Assembly: GCA_964510885.1 (NCBI GenBank)
Contig: CAZEDL010000001.1
Coordinates: 684 to 64,683, forward strand
Direction: 5' to 3'
DNA from: an uncultured Gammaproteobacteria bacterium
Lineage (GTDB): Bacteria; Patescibacteriota; Patescibacteriia; Magasanikbacterales; GWA2-37-8
Length of the DNA stretch: 64,000 nt
In this document: one piece after another, positions 55,215 to 64,000 of the stretch
Position numbering within the stretch: the stretch's first letter is position 1
Layout of the letters: the number at the start of each line of letters is the position of its first letter
The notes under the pieces: model-generated
Told to the model about the DNA's origin: nothing
Databases searched by the model: none
Seen by the model: the letters and a program-made list of their open reading frames with translations, nothing else
Translations under genes and position numbers: made by a program

Positions 55215-55637
55215 TTAAGAATATTTCTGCTTCATGTATTGATACGATGCCTTGATCAAAGCCGCCAGAACCGTTAGATCAACATCCGACAACTTGTTGA
55301 TGTAGACGCAACTCCCGCTGCTAGTTTTATGCTTTCCAAGCTTATCAAAAAATTCTTTATAGTCCTTAGTTCCAGCCATAATATACAAGGTCAGATTTTG
55401 TTTGCGAGGCGAAAACGCAACTAATGGCCAATCACCCTCTTGCGTGCTCCTATCTGATTTATAATGATATTTTCCAAAACCCACGATGCTCGTTCCCCAG
55501 AGTACTGCTTTTTCGCCGGTAATTTTTTCGAAGAGTTTAAGTAGCGCCAGACTGTCTACGCGTTTTTGCTCTGGCTCTATAGTCTGCAAAAATTTTATAA
55601 CATTCGCTTTTGTAGCTTTGGTTTTTAATTCAGCCAT
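55215..55637 (-). CDS. DUF1801 family protein
   Basis: WGTSIVGFGKYHY, FSPRKQNLTLY, LGKHK...CVYINKL. Confidence 0.92.
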   Translation of the reverse strand: MAELKTKATKANVIKFLQTIEPEQKRVDSLALLKLFEKITGEKAVLWGTSIVGFGKYHYKSDRSTQEGDWPLVAFSPRKQNLTLYIMAGTKDYKEFFDKLGKHKTSSGSCVYINKLSDVDLTVLAALIKASYQYMKQKYS

Positions 55638-55667
55638 ATTTTTTATACAGTTAGATTTAAAGTCATA

Positions 55668-55979
55668 TTACCCGAGCAGTATAGCAATTTTCACTATACT
55701 GCCCTCAGATATGCATTCTTTTTTTCGAACTGCAGATTTTAATGGCAATAAATAGACGCCCAACTTTCGATCAGGGAAAATCGACGTGTTCCAAGATGTC
55801 TCCCCAAGCGTTACAATAACCGGGAGCGAACCCCACCCCTTCGAAGCTGAACCAAAGTGTTTCTTGATTTCTTCTGATTCTTTTTTTGGTACGCCAATAA
55901 AATGCCAAGCTGCTTGTCCTTGCCATTTGAAGACTTTGGCACGAATGCTGTAACTATTTTTTGCTGTGGGCATCGGCAC
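55668..55979 (-). CDS. DUF1905 family protein
   Basis: AWHFIGVP, WGSLPV, WNTSIFP, YLLPLK..VRK. Confidence 0.88.
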   Translation of the reverse strand: MPMPTAKNSYSIRAKVFKWQGQAAWHFIGVPKKESEEIKKHFGSASKGWGSLPVIVTLGETSWNTSIFPDRKLGVYLLPLKSAVRKKECISEGSIVKIAILLG

Positions 55980-55982
55980 TAT

Positions 55983-56351
55983 TTATGTGGGTGAAAATAC
56001 TAGGGTAACAAGCGTTGCCTGGATTGCAGAGAACGCCATTTGGATCGTCGTAAAACCAGGTAAAGAAGTCGTTTTTTGTTTCCCGGCTTCAGCAAATACC
56101 ATAAAACTAACCAGAAGCAAAAAGAGTCCCAGCCCGAACATGGTCGGGCTTTGAATTAGGGGATAGACATAAGCAAACACAAGACCCTGAATGAGCATTG
56201 CCGATAGCCCAAACGCAAATATCGGTTTTTCGATGTTGGAATATATGGCGAGTTTTTTATAATACTCCTTGAATAGAACAACATGCCAAAGTACCCCTAG
56301 CGCAAATGATATGACTAAGTACTCAAAGAGGTGGATATAGAAAGCTGTCAT
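55983..56351 (-). CDS. hypothetical membrane protein
   Basis: Four TM helices; WHVVLFKEYY. Confidence 0.7.
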   Translation of the reverse strand: MTAFYIHLFEYLVISFALGVLWHVVLFKEYYKKLAIYSNIEKPIFAFGLSAMLIQGLVFAYVYPLIQSPTMFGLGLFLLLVSFMVFAEAGKQKTTSLPGFTTIQMAFSAIQATLVTLVFSPT

Positions 56352-56365
56352 AGATGTTCTGGGTT

Positions 56366-56551
56366 TTAGGCTTGCTCAAAACGTGACTTGTTGTCGGCCA
56401 TCCATTTCATCTGTTCTTCTTTTCCGTTCTTAGGATTATTCATTACGTCGGCGTGTGCTTGCATATAGTGGGGCATCAGTGCCTTCATCCACTCTTCGAA
56501 AGTTTCACCTTGGGCCGTAGCGTCACACAAATCACATGAAAGTGTTTTCAT
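56366..56551 (-). CDS. small metal-binding protein (DUF1059-like)
   Basis: MKTLSCDLC...GETFEE...H...H. Confidence 0.7.
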   Translation of the reverse strand: MKTLSCDLCDATAQGETFEEWMKALMPHYMQAHADVMNNPKNGKEEQMKWMADNKSRFEQA

Positions 56552-56683
56552 AGTAAAGTAGCTAAAAAGAACACATAAAATATAACATATTCAAAAAAAA
56601 ACGCCAGCCTTTATTTGTGCTAACTTAAGCCGCTGTCTAATAAAATAAAATGGCTTAGGCCAGCCATTTTATTTCAACAGATG

Positions 56684-56770
56684 TTATTCAATCAAACCTT
56701 TATAGCCAATACTGATCATCTGCCTTAAACCGAAATATTTTTGGTAATTTTCTTTGGTGTGGTTATACAT
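56684..56770 (-). CDS. possible 28-aa small ORF
   Basis: MYNHTKENYQKYFGLRQMISIGYKGLIE, preceded by GGAGG and followed by a terminator-like hairpin (56643-56674). Confidence 0.3.
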   Translation of the reverse strand: MYNHTKENYQKYFGLRQMISIGYKGLIE

Positions 56771-56813
56771 ATTGCCTCCGTCTGGGGGCCTTCAGTTGGG
56801 TCATGATGAATAA

Positions 56814-57319
56814 ATTTTCCAATTCGGCATGTGGGCTATTCTCTTAACTTTGATAATTGAGCCCATCTTGACACCTGTCATTGCCAAAAAATTGAAAGTG
56901 GTTGAAGAAATAATGGATCATGACCAAATAGAATTTGGCAAAAAACACTCATAGTTTTGGCCGCTCGTAGCGGTTCATTTATCAAACGCCTGCCCAAAGT
57001 TGTTGAATGGGCCAAAAAACGGGGGATTGAGCGGGTAATGGTTCTTCTCTGTCTGGAACACGCCTATAGCCAAGAAGCGGCAGCCGTGCATCAGCACGAA
57101 GCTGAGTGTATTTTTAATGAGATTAATTTAAAGCTAAAAAATGCTTCGGAAGGAGAAATTGATTTTAGTTTTATAAGCAGGAAAGGATTTTTGCAGAAGA
57201 ATATAAAAGATATAGCCGAGGATACGAGTGTTGTAACTGTATTTGTAGGTCAAAAAATTCTAGACTTTCGTCTCGAGGAAATAAAAAAAAAGTCGGTGCC
57301 ACTCGGGTTTGTTAAATAA
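56814..57319 (+). pseudogene. 3' remnant of a membrane transporter-like gene (last TM + soluble domain), frameshifted
   Basis: IFQFGMWAILLTLIIEPILTPVIAKKLKV joins the 56957 ORF if one A is added to the A6 run at 56940-56945; 5' part missing. Confidence 0.55.
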
Positions 57320-57339
57320 TTGTGGTTTTTTGACTAGTA

Positions 57340-58008
57340 TTAGGTTGGCTGCGCTCCTTGATTGGCATCAGAATTTTTTTTCTGGACCAGCAGCCAGCCC
57401 AGCATATTTTTCTTATTCGTTCCGTCCGGACGTTTGGCTGCCATAGTAGCTGGTTCGCTTCCTTGCCGGAGAACGGTCCAGCCCTCGTAAAACGATTCCA
57501 TCTCGCCTGGTGAGAAAAAGGCCATCTTTTTTTCTGTATCTGCATCATAGGCATCCCCCTCGTCAATGAACCATGAAATAACATTTAAACCCTCAGGAAC
57601 GGTGTGTTTTTGCATTTCTTGAATCATAACTTTAGCCTCATCTTTTTGTATATGCTGCAAAACGAAAGAAGAGATTAGAACATCATAATCACGCGTCCAC
57701 GGTCTCTTTAGTATGTCTGCAAGACCAGTTTCCATACTTATGCTATTTTTATCCGTCCACTGTTCCAGCTTGGCAATTCCCACGCCTGATACATCGACTG
57801 CTCGAACGTCGAATCCCTTGTCCGCCAAAAAACGAGCATGCCTCCCATCTCCAGCTCCAAGATCTAGAACACTGCCAGATTGTTTATATGCTAAAATCGA
57901 TTTGACCACCTGCTCTGGTTCACCATAATTAAATATGGGTCTTTCGCTTTGAACATAAAGCTTGTCATAGTAACTTCCAATCCCAACATTTTTATTTTCC
58001 GATGACAT
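57340..58008 (-). CDS. class I SAM-dependent methyltransferase (TehB-like)
   Basis: VLDLGAGDGRHARFLA..GFDVRAVDVS, MQKHTVPEGLN; likely start MSSENK. Confidence 0.88.
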   Translation of the reverse strand: MSSENKNVGIGSYYDKLYVQSERPIFNYGEPEQVVKSILAYKQSGSVLDLGAGDGRHARFLADKGFDVRAVDVSGVGIAKLEQWTDKNSISMETGLADILKRPWTRDYDVLISSFVLQHIQKDEAKVMIQEMQKHTVPEGLNVISWFIDEGDAYDADTEKKMAFFSPGEMESFYEGWTVLRQGSEPATMAAKRPDGTNKKNMLGWLLVQKKNSDANQGAQPT

Positions 58009-58197
58009 AGATATACTGGTTAATTCCGAAATTTTACCATTGCGCTTGAATTTCATCCAGTTATTACCAGCGTAGCTTAAATTTTTGGGCAAGCGGTGCC
58101 AGTAATACCCTTATAATTTGTAAAATTAAGTTGACAAAATAGGATTTTTCTGCTAAGTACAGTGTGCCGCTATAGTAGCGGAGATCTGTGAGGAATC

Positions 58198-60138
58198 ATG
58201 CAAAACGCTCTGTTTCTGGTTGTGTTTAGTGCGTTGATGCTGATGGGCCAGTCAGTTTCGGCGAATTATAAAGGGTACGGCGCGGACAGTGTCGAGTCCG
58301 ACGTGCTAGCCAAGTTTGCCCCCCAGCCGCTGCCGGGCGCACTGAGTCGCGACATCCAGTCGCGCATGGATGTCCTCACGCCAACAATGGGAGCTGTCTC
58401 TCCCGACGGCAGGCATCTGTGCACTTCATGGAACATCACCGGCACATGGCAGGTATGGTGCTTGGATCGGCCGAACTCCTTTCCACGCCAGCTGACGGGC
58501 GGTGACGACTACACCGGCTTCAGCGGGTTCACCCCCGATGGAAAAACCATCCTCATCTCCCGGGATCGGAAAGGTGAAGAAAACCAAGGCCTGTACTACG
58601 TACCCCTCATGGGTGGAAAACTAGAGGTCATCCAGCACAAGGCTGGTGTGCAGACCTACTTAGAGCGCATCGGAAATGATGGGCTGATATACTTCAAGGC
58701 CAACGACCGCAGGCCTGGCAGCCGCACCATATACACCTTCGACTTCAAGACGAAGGAGATTAAGGTGTGGTTCGATCGGGACGGGCTCTGGAGTATCCAA
58801 GGGGAGCGACAGGGTAAATTCCTGATCGCCAAGTCCACAGGGTTCCTCTGGAGGGAGTACTACGAGTTCGACCCGAGCAACGAAACCTTGATTCCGCTTC
58901 TCGGCCAAGGCGAGAACGAGGAATACAAGATGGCCTACGCCGCCCAGCCTGGTAAGTTCATCGTACTCACCAACAAGTTCGGCAATTTCAAGCGACTCTA
59001 CCGTTGGAGTCAGTCCGACGGTTTCTGGCCACTCACCTCCAATAGCAGCTTCGACGTCTCGGACTTCACCGTCGACCGGGAGCTTAGAAGGATCCTATAC
59101 ACGACCAACGAAAAAGGTTTTACTAGGGTCGCCGGGCTGAATGCAAAGACCTATAAGCTGCTTGAAATGCCAAAGTTTCCCCACGATAATCCTGATCACG
59201 TCTACAACGGCAGCAACAGCTGGGGCGGTCGGTACACCACCTTCGGAGTCGGAGTCCCGACCGGACCGGACCTAAAGTACGTCTACGACTGGAAGGGGAA
59301 GAAGCTGACACAGTGGTTCAAGCCAAGCGCTCCAGAGATAGATATAAAAGGCTTCGTCCCCGCCAAACTAGAGTACTACTCCGCCGCTGACGGCACGCAA
59401 ATCCCTATGCTGGTGCGGAGACCCAAGGCGTGTAATGGCACCAAGCTCTGTCCCGTGATAGTGGAGTTTCATGGAGGGCCAGAAGATCAGGCAACGCCTG
59501 GCTTCAAACCTTACACACAAATGTTCGTGGATCACGGCTTCATCTATGTGGAGCCGAATGTTCGCGGTAGCGAAGGGTACGGAAAGGAATGGATTCGCAG
59601 TGATGATGGAGTGAAACGCCTCCAGGTGATCACTGACATTCGCGACGCCGCAGTGTGGATCAAAGAACACTGGAGGGTCAACGGCCAGAGTCCGAAGGTC
59701 GGTGTCACAGGGAGCAGCTATGGAGGGTATTCAACGCTCATTGCCATGACCATGTTTGCCGGGGTCTACGACGCGGGCGTGTCTGAGGTTGGCATGAGCA
59801 ACCTGGTCACCTTCCTTGAGAATACTGCACCATACCGCCGCAGTCTCCGTGTTGCCGAGTATGGCGATCCGCAAAAGGATCGTGAAGCCCTCCTCAAACT
59901 CTCTCCAATCAGCCACATCGACCACCTCAAGTCGCCCCTGCTCATGATTCAAGGGGCCAGCGATCCTCGCGTGCCCGTAGGCGAGGCGATCCAGATGTAT
60001 GAGGCGGCCGTAAGCAGGGGAGTAGTCACAAAACTGATCATCTTCCCCGATGAGGGGCACGGGCTCAGCAAGAGGGGTAACCAGGTCCTCGGCCAAGGAC
60101 ACACACTCCTCTGGTTCAAAAAGTACCTAGCTGATTAA
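58198..60138 (+). CDS. secreted S9 (prolyl oligopeptidase/acylaminoacyl peptidase) serine peptidase
   Basis: Signal peptide, beta-propeller region, HGGP, PNVRGS.GYG, GSSYGG (Ser), QGASDPRV (Asp), DEGHG (His). Confidence 0.95.
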   Translation: MQNALFLVVFSALMLMGQSVSANYKGYGADSVESDVLAKFAPQPLPGALSRDIQSRMDVLTPTMGAVSPDGRHLCTSWNITGTWQVWCLDRPNSFPRQLTGGDDYTGFSGFTPDGKTILISRDRKGEENQGLYYVPLMGGKLEVIQHKAGVQTYLERIGNDGLIYFKANDRRPGSRTIYTFDFKTKEIKVWFDRDGLWSIQGERQGKFLIAKSTGFLWREYYEFDPSNETLIPLLGQGENEEYKMAYAAQPGKFIVLTNKFGNFKRLYRWSQSDGFWPLTSNSSFDVSDFTVDRELRRILYTTNEKGFTRVAGLNAKTYKLLEMPKFPHDNPDHVYNGSNSWGGRYTTFGVGVPTGPDLKYVYDWKGKKLTQWFKPSAPEIDIKGFVPAKLEYYSAADGTQIPMLVRRPKACNGTKLCPVIVEFHGGPEDQATPGFKPYTQMFVDHGFIYVEPNVRGSEGYGKEWIRSDDGVKRLQVITDIRDAAVWIKEHWRVNGQSPKVGVTGSSYGGYSTLIAMTMFAGVYDAGVSEVGMSNLVTFLENTAPYRRSLRVAEYGDPQKDREALLKLSPISHIDHLKSPLLMIQGASDPRVPVGEAIQMYEAAVSRGVVTKLIIFPDEGHGLSKRGNQVLGQGHTLLWFKKYLAD

Positions 60139-60394
60139 CCGCATCGTTGTTCCATGAGGGGGTGAACGAACGAAAACGGGAAAACGACGTGGGTGCCGTC
60201 GGAGCGTTCGCTCAATCCAATGCACCTATCCCTATTAAATTTTCTTTAACAAGCGAAGGCTGTTTGATAAGGAAAAATAACTCTCAAAAAGAGTTGTTTT
60301 TATTTTAAAATTATAACTAAAATAGCGCCTAAAATTAGGCACTATTTGAATAAAATTTTAGGTGCTCTGATTGATACGTGACGCTAGAACCTAT

Positions 60395-61060
60395 TTATAA
60401 TTTTCTATAACCCAGAATTACATACTTGGGTATAGCGGAATCCGCAGACAATAAAACCGGAGCAGAGTATTCCTCAAACACTCTTGTGTGCCCATACTGA
60501 GAAAATATCCTGTCGTATTCCTCGGTGTTTCTTCTGTAAATAGGAAATACGAAATCAGTTCCAGCAATTTTTAGAGTATCAGTAACATTTCGATTGTTTA
60601 GGTGGGCCGGGTTGTGGTTTGCAAAAATTAGAAAGCCTCCACTGCTTAAACTTTTTGCTAGTTGCGCAATTTCGTCAGTATCAATAAATTGCAAAACCAT
60701 TCCGGAAACTATCAAATCAAATTTCCCATTTTTATCGGATGCTTCTCTTGCTGTTTCACCATTTCCTACTAACAGCTTAATAGTATTAGGCAAGTTTTCT
60801 TGGCCGATACTGATCATGTCTGTAGAAATATCAATGCCGGTAACATCAAAACCAAGTTTCTGGAGATCTAAACAAAACATCCCGGTGCCACAGCCAAAAT
60901 CTAATGCCTTTAAGCCGCTAGCATGATGGATATTTTGTTTTATAAAATTGATAAAAATAGGCCATACGCCTTCTTTTCTCTCATCAGAACTTGAGCTCTT
61001 CTGTGAAGTAAAGTAATTAAATCTACCGCTTAGCTTGTTCCATTGATCAGCAAGATTCAT
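60395..61060 (-). CDS. class I SAM-dependent methyltransferase
   Basis: ALDFGCGTG, VTGIDIS, FDLIVS, GGFLIF. Confidence 0.9.
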   Translation of the reverse strand: MNLADQWNKLSGRFNYFTSQKSSSSDERKEGVWPIFINFIKQNIHHASGLKALDFGCGTGMFCLDLQKLGFDVTGIDISTDMISIGQENLPNTIKLLVGNGETAREASDKNGKFDLIVSGMVLQFIDTDEIAQLAKSLSSGGFLIFANHNPAHLNNRNVTDTLKIAGTDFVFPIYRRNTEEYDRIFSQYGHTRVFEEYSAPVLLSADSAIPKYVILGYRKL

Positions 61061-61266
61061 AGATATTTTAACAAGAAAATTTTCTAATTTATATCATATA
61101 TTTTAAATTAACCCAAAATATAAAAAATAATGGCTAAATTTAGCCATTATTTTTAAGAGGTTCGAACTTCGTCTATTAGCTCGCCTGGCGGGACAGCTTT
61201 CGAACTTTTGATTGGAGGGGTGCTATTCTTGCCCCAGAGACCCTTATTAATCATGCTCAACAACTA

Positions 61267-61965
61267 TTAGACCTCCAAACTTGCTAGACGCGGCCGTCTC
61301 TGAAAAATCCTTAAAGGAGTATATATGTACATTTCTTCATTATTATTCTCTATGTTGGCAAAGCCAAAACGAATAGTAAATGATATTTTTTTATCCGAAG
61401 GTTTTCTTCTCTGTAAGTTAGAAAAGTCGTAAGGGCCAAGAGTGGGGCCGTTATGATCGCTCGCTAGACGCATGCCGTCTCCTACAAATGGGGCAGAATG
61501 TACAGTCTTTATATCAAGTGGTAAATGATGTAAAAAGAAATCAGCAAATAAACGAGTTTTATCATTGAACAGTTTGTCCTTAAAAGGAAAAATCATAGCT
61601 GTTCCATACCACCTTCGCGTTTGTCCTGGTGTACCAACGGGTGTAGTATGTTTAGCTGGTAATCCGAGGACTGTAAAATAATGAAACGGTTGATTGCTAT
61701 TTTTTTCTAAAAAATCCCAAACTGGATTTGCATCAAAAAATAGATGTTCTTTTTTACCGGACAGGTGCAATCGAAAGTCTGGAGGTATAGAAAGATGGTT
61801 AAATTCTTCAATAATCTCCGGAGGCTTATTTGAGGATATTAAATGAGTTTTTGCCGAAAGAGCTATCATCGGGAAAGTGTTGGTTACCTCAATATCCAAC
61901 ATTTTTGGGCTGGGAAAATTTTGATCTTTAAAAAATGCTATCATTCCATTGGGAAGCTTTGCCAT
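61267..61965 (-). CDS. hypothetical protein (island cargo)
   Basis: 232-aa AT-rich ORF; no recognisable motif. Confidence 0.65.
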   Translation of the reverse strand: MAKLPNGMIAFFKDQNFPSPKMLDIEVTNTFPMIALSAKTHLISSNKPPEIIEEFNHLSIPPDFRLHLSGKKEHLFFDANPVWDFLEKNSNQPFHYFTVLGLPAKHTTPVGTPGQTRRWYGTAMIFPFKDKLFNDKTRLFADFFLHHLPLDIKTVHSAPFVGDGMRLASDHNGPTLGPYDFSNLQRRKPSDKKISFTIRFGFANIENNNEEMYIYTPLRIFQRRPRLASLEV

Positions 61966-62010
61966 AACTATTTCTTTCTATAAAAGGTGAGAAAAAACAA
62001 GAAGTAAATA

Positions 62011-64000
62011 TTATTCTAAGCTTCTTTTCATTAGCTCAATTTGCTCGTCAGTCCTCCTTCTCTCGTGGGTAATACGCTCATCTAAATAGTCTTCGTACTC
62101 TCTAACAAAGTATCTAACTTCCTTACTCGGGTCTTTTTTAAATTTTTGAATAGACTGCTTTTTCTCCTGAAATGCTCTTACAAAACCATCTTCTCCAGAA
62201 ACTACCCCTGTCTGTGACAATGAACCAAAAATACGATCTCTGACCTCATTGTATTCCTTAGTTCCAAAGTATTTTTGAATCAAAGCTTTAACAACACCCC
62301 ATAAAAATTCTCCGCCCTCATATTTGTTTATTATAGACAAAACTATATTGCGACTCTCTTTTGTTCCCTTCTTGATAAGTGATATTAGTGATTTTTCTAG
62401 TACAGGGCTAAAATTAGAAAAAATTTTTTCAAAAAGATCGCTTGCTTCCCACCAGAGCAAATGTTTATATTTTTTGCCTCCGTCTCTATACCATTTAAGA
62501 AGTAAAGGTATTATAATTTCCTCTTGTTGCTTTAGAACACCGCCCAATTCATGGAAATTAAACGGCACACTATCATAAGGATCGTATATATCCCTTTTCC
62601 TTTTTGATTTGATTTCAACTCTTTTGTGGAAAAAATTAATTACTTTTTCTGGGCTTTTTTCAGCAATTGGTTTTAGAATTGCCTCCGCATGATAGTCGAT
62701 ACTAGGAAATAATAGTAAACCAGACAAAATTATATCAAAATCATTTTCTGCAAGATCAGGAATAATAGAATCGCCTTTAAACCATAGATTATTAATCCAC
62801 CAGAAGTTTTTATGTCTTGTTAGCTCCTTAATCGTTTCTAAAAAAGCAGATTTAAGATGTTTGTATTTAGGATAATTATGTAAAATTGAGCGTAGAATAT
62901 TATTAAGAGCAGGTATGTCCTTTAGTTTTTTTGCTTTATCTAATATTTTTCGAAATAGAACGTCATCAATATCATCAATAGGTACAAAGATAAAGGCGCA
63001 GATGTTAAGATATTTTCCCTCTTCTACCCACTGACCAATTATTTCCTTTGCTTTTTCTTGAAAATTACTTTTCCAAATACCTGTAATTAGGTTTATTAAA
63101 AAATCCGCTAGTTCTTTCTCATTTTCTTCCACTAACCGTATAGCCAAACTTGGTTTTTCTTGGGCTAGTTTTACTAGGAATGATTCAAAATAACCATAGC
63201 CACCCGACTCTGTGAGCGTTCGATTTTTAACGACGGATAGAATTTTCTCTTGCCATTCTTTAAAATTAGTTTCTGATATATTTGCGATAAATTCTTCAAT
63301 CTTTTTTAAGCGAGTTTCTCGGTCTTTGTTAAAATCGTGATCGGGATCAAGACGGCCATCATATCCAACAAAAATTCTAAACATGCCATAGTCAGTATTA
63401 GATCGAATAGCTTCTTCAAGTTCATTTATTTTGTTTGGTGGTATCTTGGTAAATCTTCTGTTGAGCCAGACTTTTTGCTCTTCAATATCTTGAATAATTT
63501 CATTTTCTGCATTCGGTAATATAGACAAATAAAAATCTACGATTGAATTTACGTCATTTAATATCATTTGCTCCATGTCCTCGCCGTATTCATTATTAAA
63601 AGGGGGGTGAGTTGCTTGCTGTAAAACTTGGAGAACCTTAATTTTTTGATCAAGTTCAACAGAAATAAGGTAGATTTTTTTTAATAACAAAATACTGCGG
63701 TTTCGCAAATTTTTGAGTTCCTCTGAAACACGAAGTGAGCCAGAATGTAAAGTAAATGTTTTGTAGTCGGGCCTGGAGCGCCCTTCAAAAGAAGGTGTGA
63801 GTAATTCTTTTGTAGTAACAAATACTACGGGCGAATTTTTAACCAATTGTTCATTGCTCCAGCTTTCAAGCTCTGCCAGTATTAATTGTTGTATTTTAAA
63901 TTCTAGTTGTCGGAGTGCAAATAGGTTATACTGCGATAAATGCTCAAAACTTTTTAAAACTTCAGATCTAACAGCTTCATTGTTGTACCATAAATATTTA
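62011..64000 (-). CDS. C-terminal part of a large helical-repeat protein, possibly a STAND/NACHT-type defence protein (5' end outside the window)
   Basis: Frame is open from the window end (KYLWYNNEAVRSEV...) through 63846 to the stop at 62011; C-terminal GVVSG...DPSKEVRYF...YLDERI.HERRR. Confidence 0.65.
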   Translation of the reverse strand, partial: KYLWYNNEAVRSEVLKSFEHLSQYNLFALRQLEFKIQQLILAELESWSNEQLVKNSPVVFVTTKELLTPSFEGRSRPDYKTFTLHSGSLRVSEELKNLRNRSILLLKKIYLISVELDQKIKVLQVLQQATHPPFNNEYGEDMEQMILNDVNSIVDFYLSILPNAENEIIQDIEEQKVWLNRRFTKIPPNKINELEEAIRSNTDYGMFRIFVGYDGRLDPDHDFNKDRETRLKKIEEFIANISETNFKEWQEKILSVVKNRTLTESGGYGYFESFLVKLAQEKPSLAIRLVEENEKELADFLINLITGIWKSNFQEKAKEIIGQWVEEGKYLNICAFIFVPIDDIDDVLFRKILDKAKKLKDIPALNNILRSILHNYPKYKHLKSAFLETIKELTRHKNFWWINNLWFKGDSIIPDLAENDFDIILSGLLLFPSIDYHAEAILKPIAEKSPEKVINFFHKRVEIKSKRKRDIYDPYDSVPFNFHELGGVLKQQEEIIIPLLLKWYRDGGKKYKHLLWWEASDLFEKIFSNFSPVLEKSLISLIKKGTKESRNIVLSIINKYEGGEFLWGVVKALIQKYFGTKEYNEVRDRIFGSLSQTGVVSGEDGFVRAFQEKKQSIQKFKKDPSKEVRYFVREYEDYLDERITHERRRTDEQIELMKRSLE

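Larger units (their letters stand above)
61159..64000. mobile_element. left end of a putative low-GC genomic island (runs off the window)
   Basis: Low GC; junction with TTCGAAC pseudo-palindromes and a start-less peptide fragment; orphan and defence-like cargo. Confidence 0.5.

Noticed and set aside
61159-61210. tRNA gene (GTTCGAA T-loop-like motifs)
   Set aside because: No cloverleaf can be built; treated as a possible att remnant.
636-63519. Most 60-170-aa ORFs overlapping well-supported genes
   Set aside because: Antisense or alternate-frame shadows with no motifs.

Overview
Bacterial chromosomal window (standard code 11) whose gene content and style suggest a Patescibacteria/CPR (Parcubacteria-like) genome; the taxonomy is an inference. 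The evidence is a minimal mraZ-rsmH-ftsL cluster, a TraD/VirD4-like ATPase with a long disordered tail, AT-rich starts mostly without Shine-Dalgarno sites, and many orphans. The first ~28 kb is mostly housekeeping (msrB, recJ, lepA, murJ, mraZ, rsmH, rplU, recR, ybaB, dnaB) and G-rich on the top strand. The rest is C-rich on the top strand and mostly accessory or stress related (DEAD helicase, queC, GST, glutaredoxin, a lexA-Pol IV cassette with a GAAC-N4-GTTC operator, an ECF sigma pair, surface proteins, DUF clusters, pseudogenes), which suggests the replication terminus lies near 27-29 kb. The most striking locus is 43.3-48.3 kb. It holds a divergent RimK-like ATP-grasp gene, a PKD + 7TM membrane protein ending in -EE, and a 780-aa protein fusing an alpha-L-glutamate-ligase-like ATP-grasp, a degenerate retropepsin-like domain and a DUF1704/MATCAP-type HExxxH carboxypeptidase: a candidate single-chain writer/eraser for C-terminal amino-acid tagging. 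The window also has several families of intergenic palindromic repeats, GC-rich foreign-looking genes, and a low-GC island starting near 61.2 kb. I found no rRNA, tRNA or CRISPR array. All family assignments come from motif recognition by eye, not database searches.
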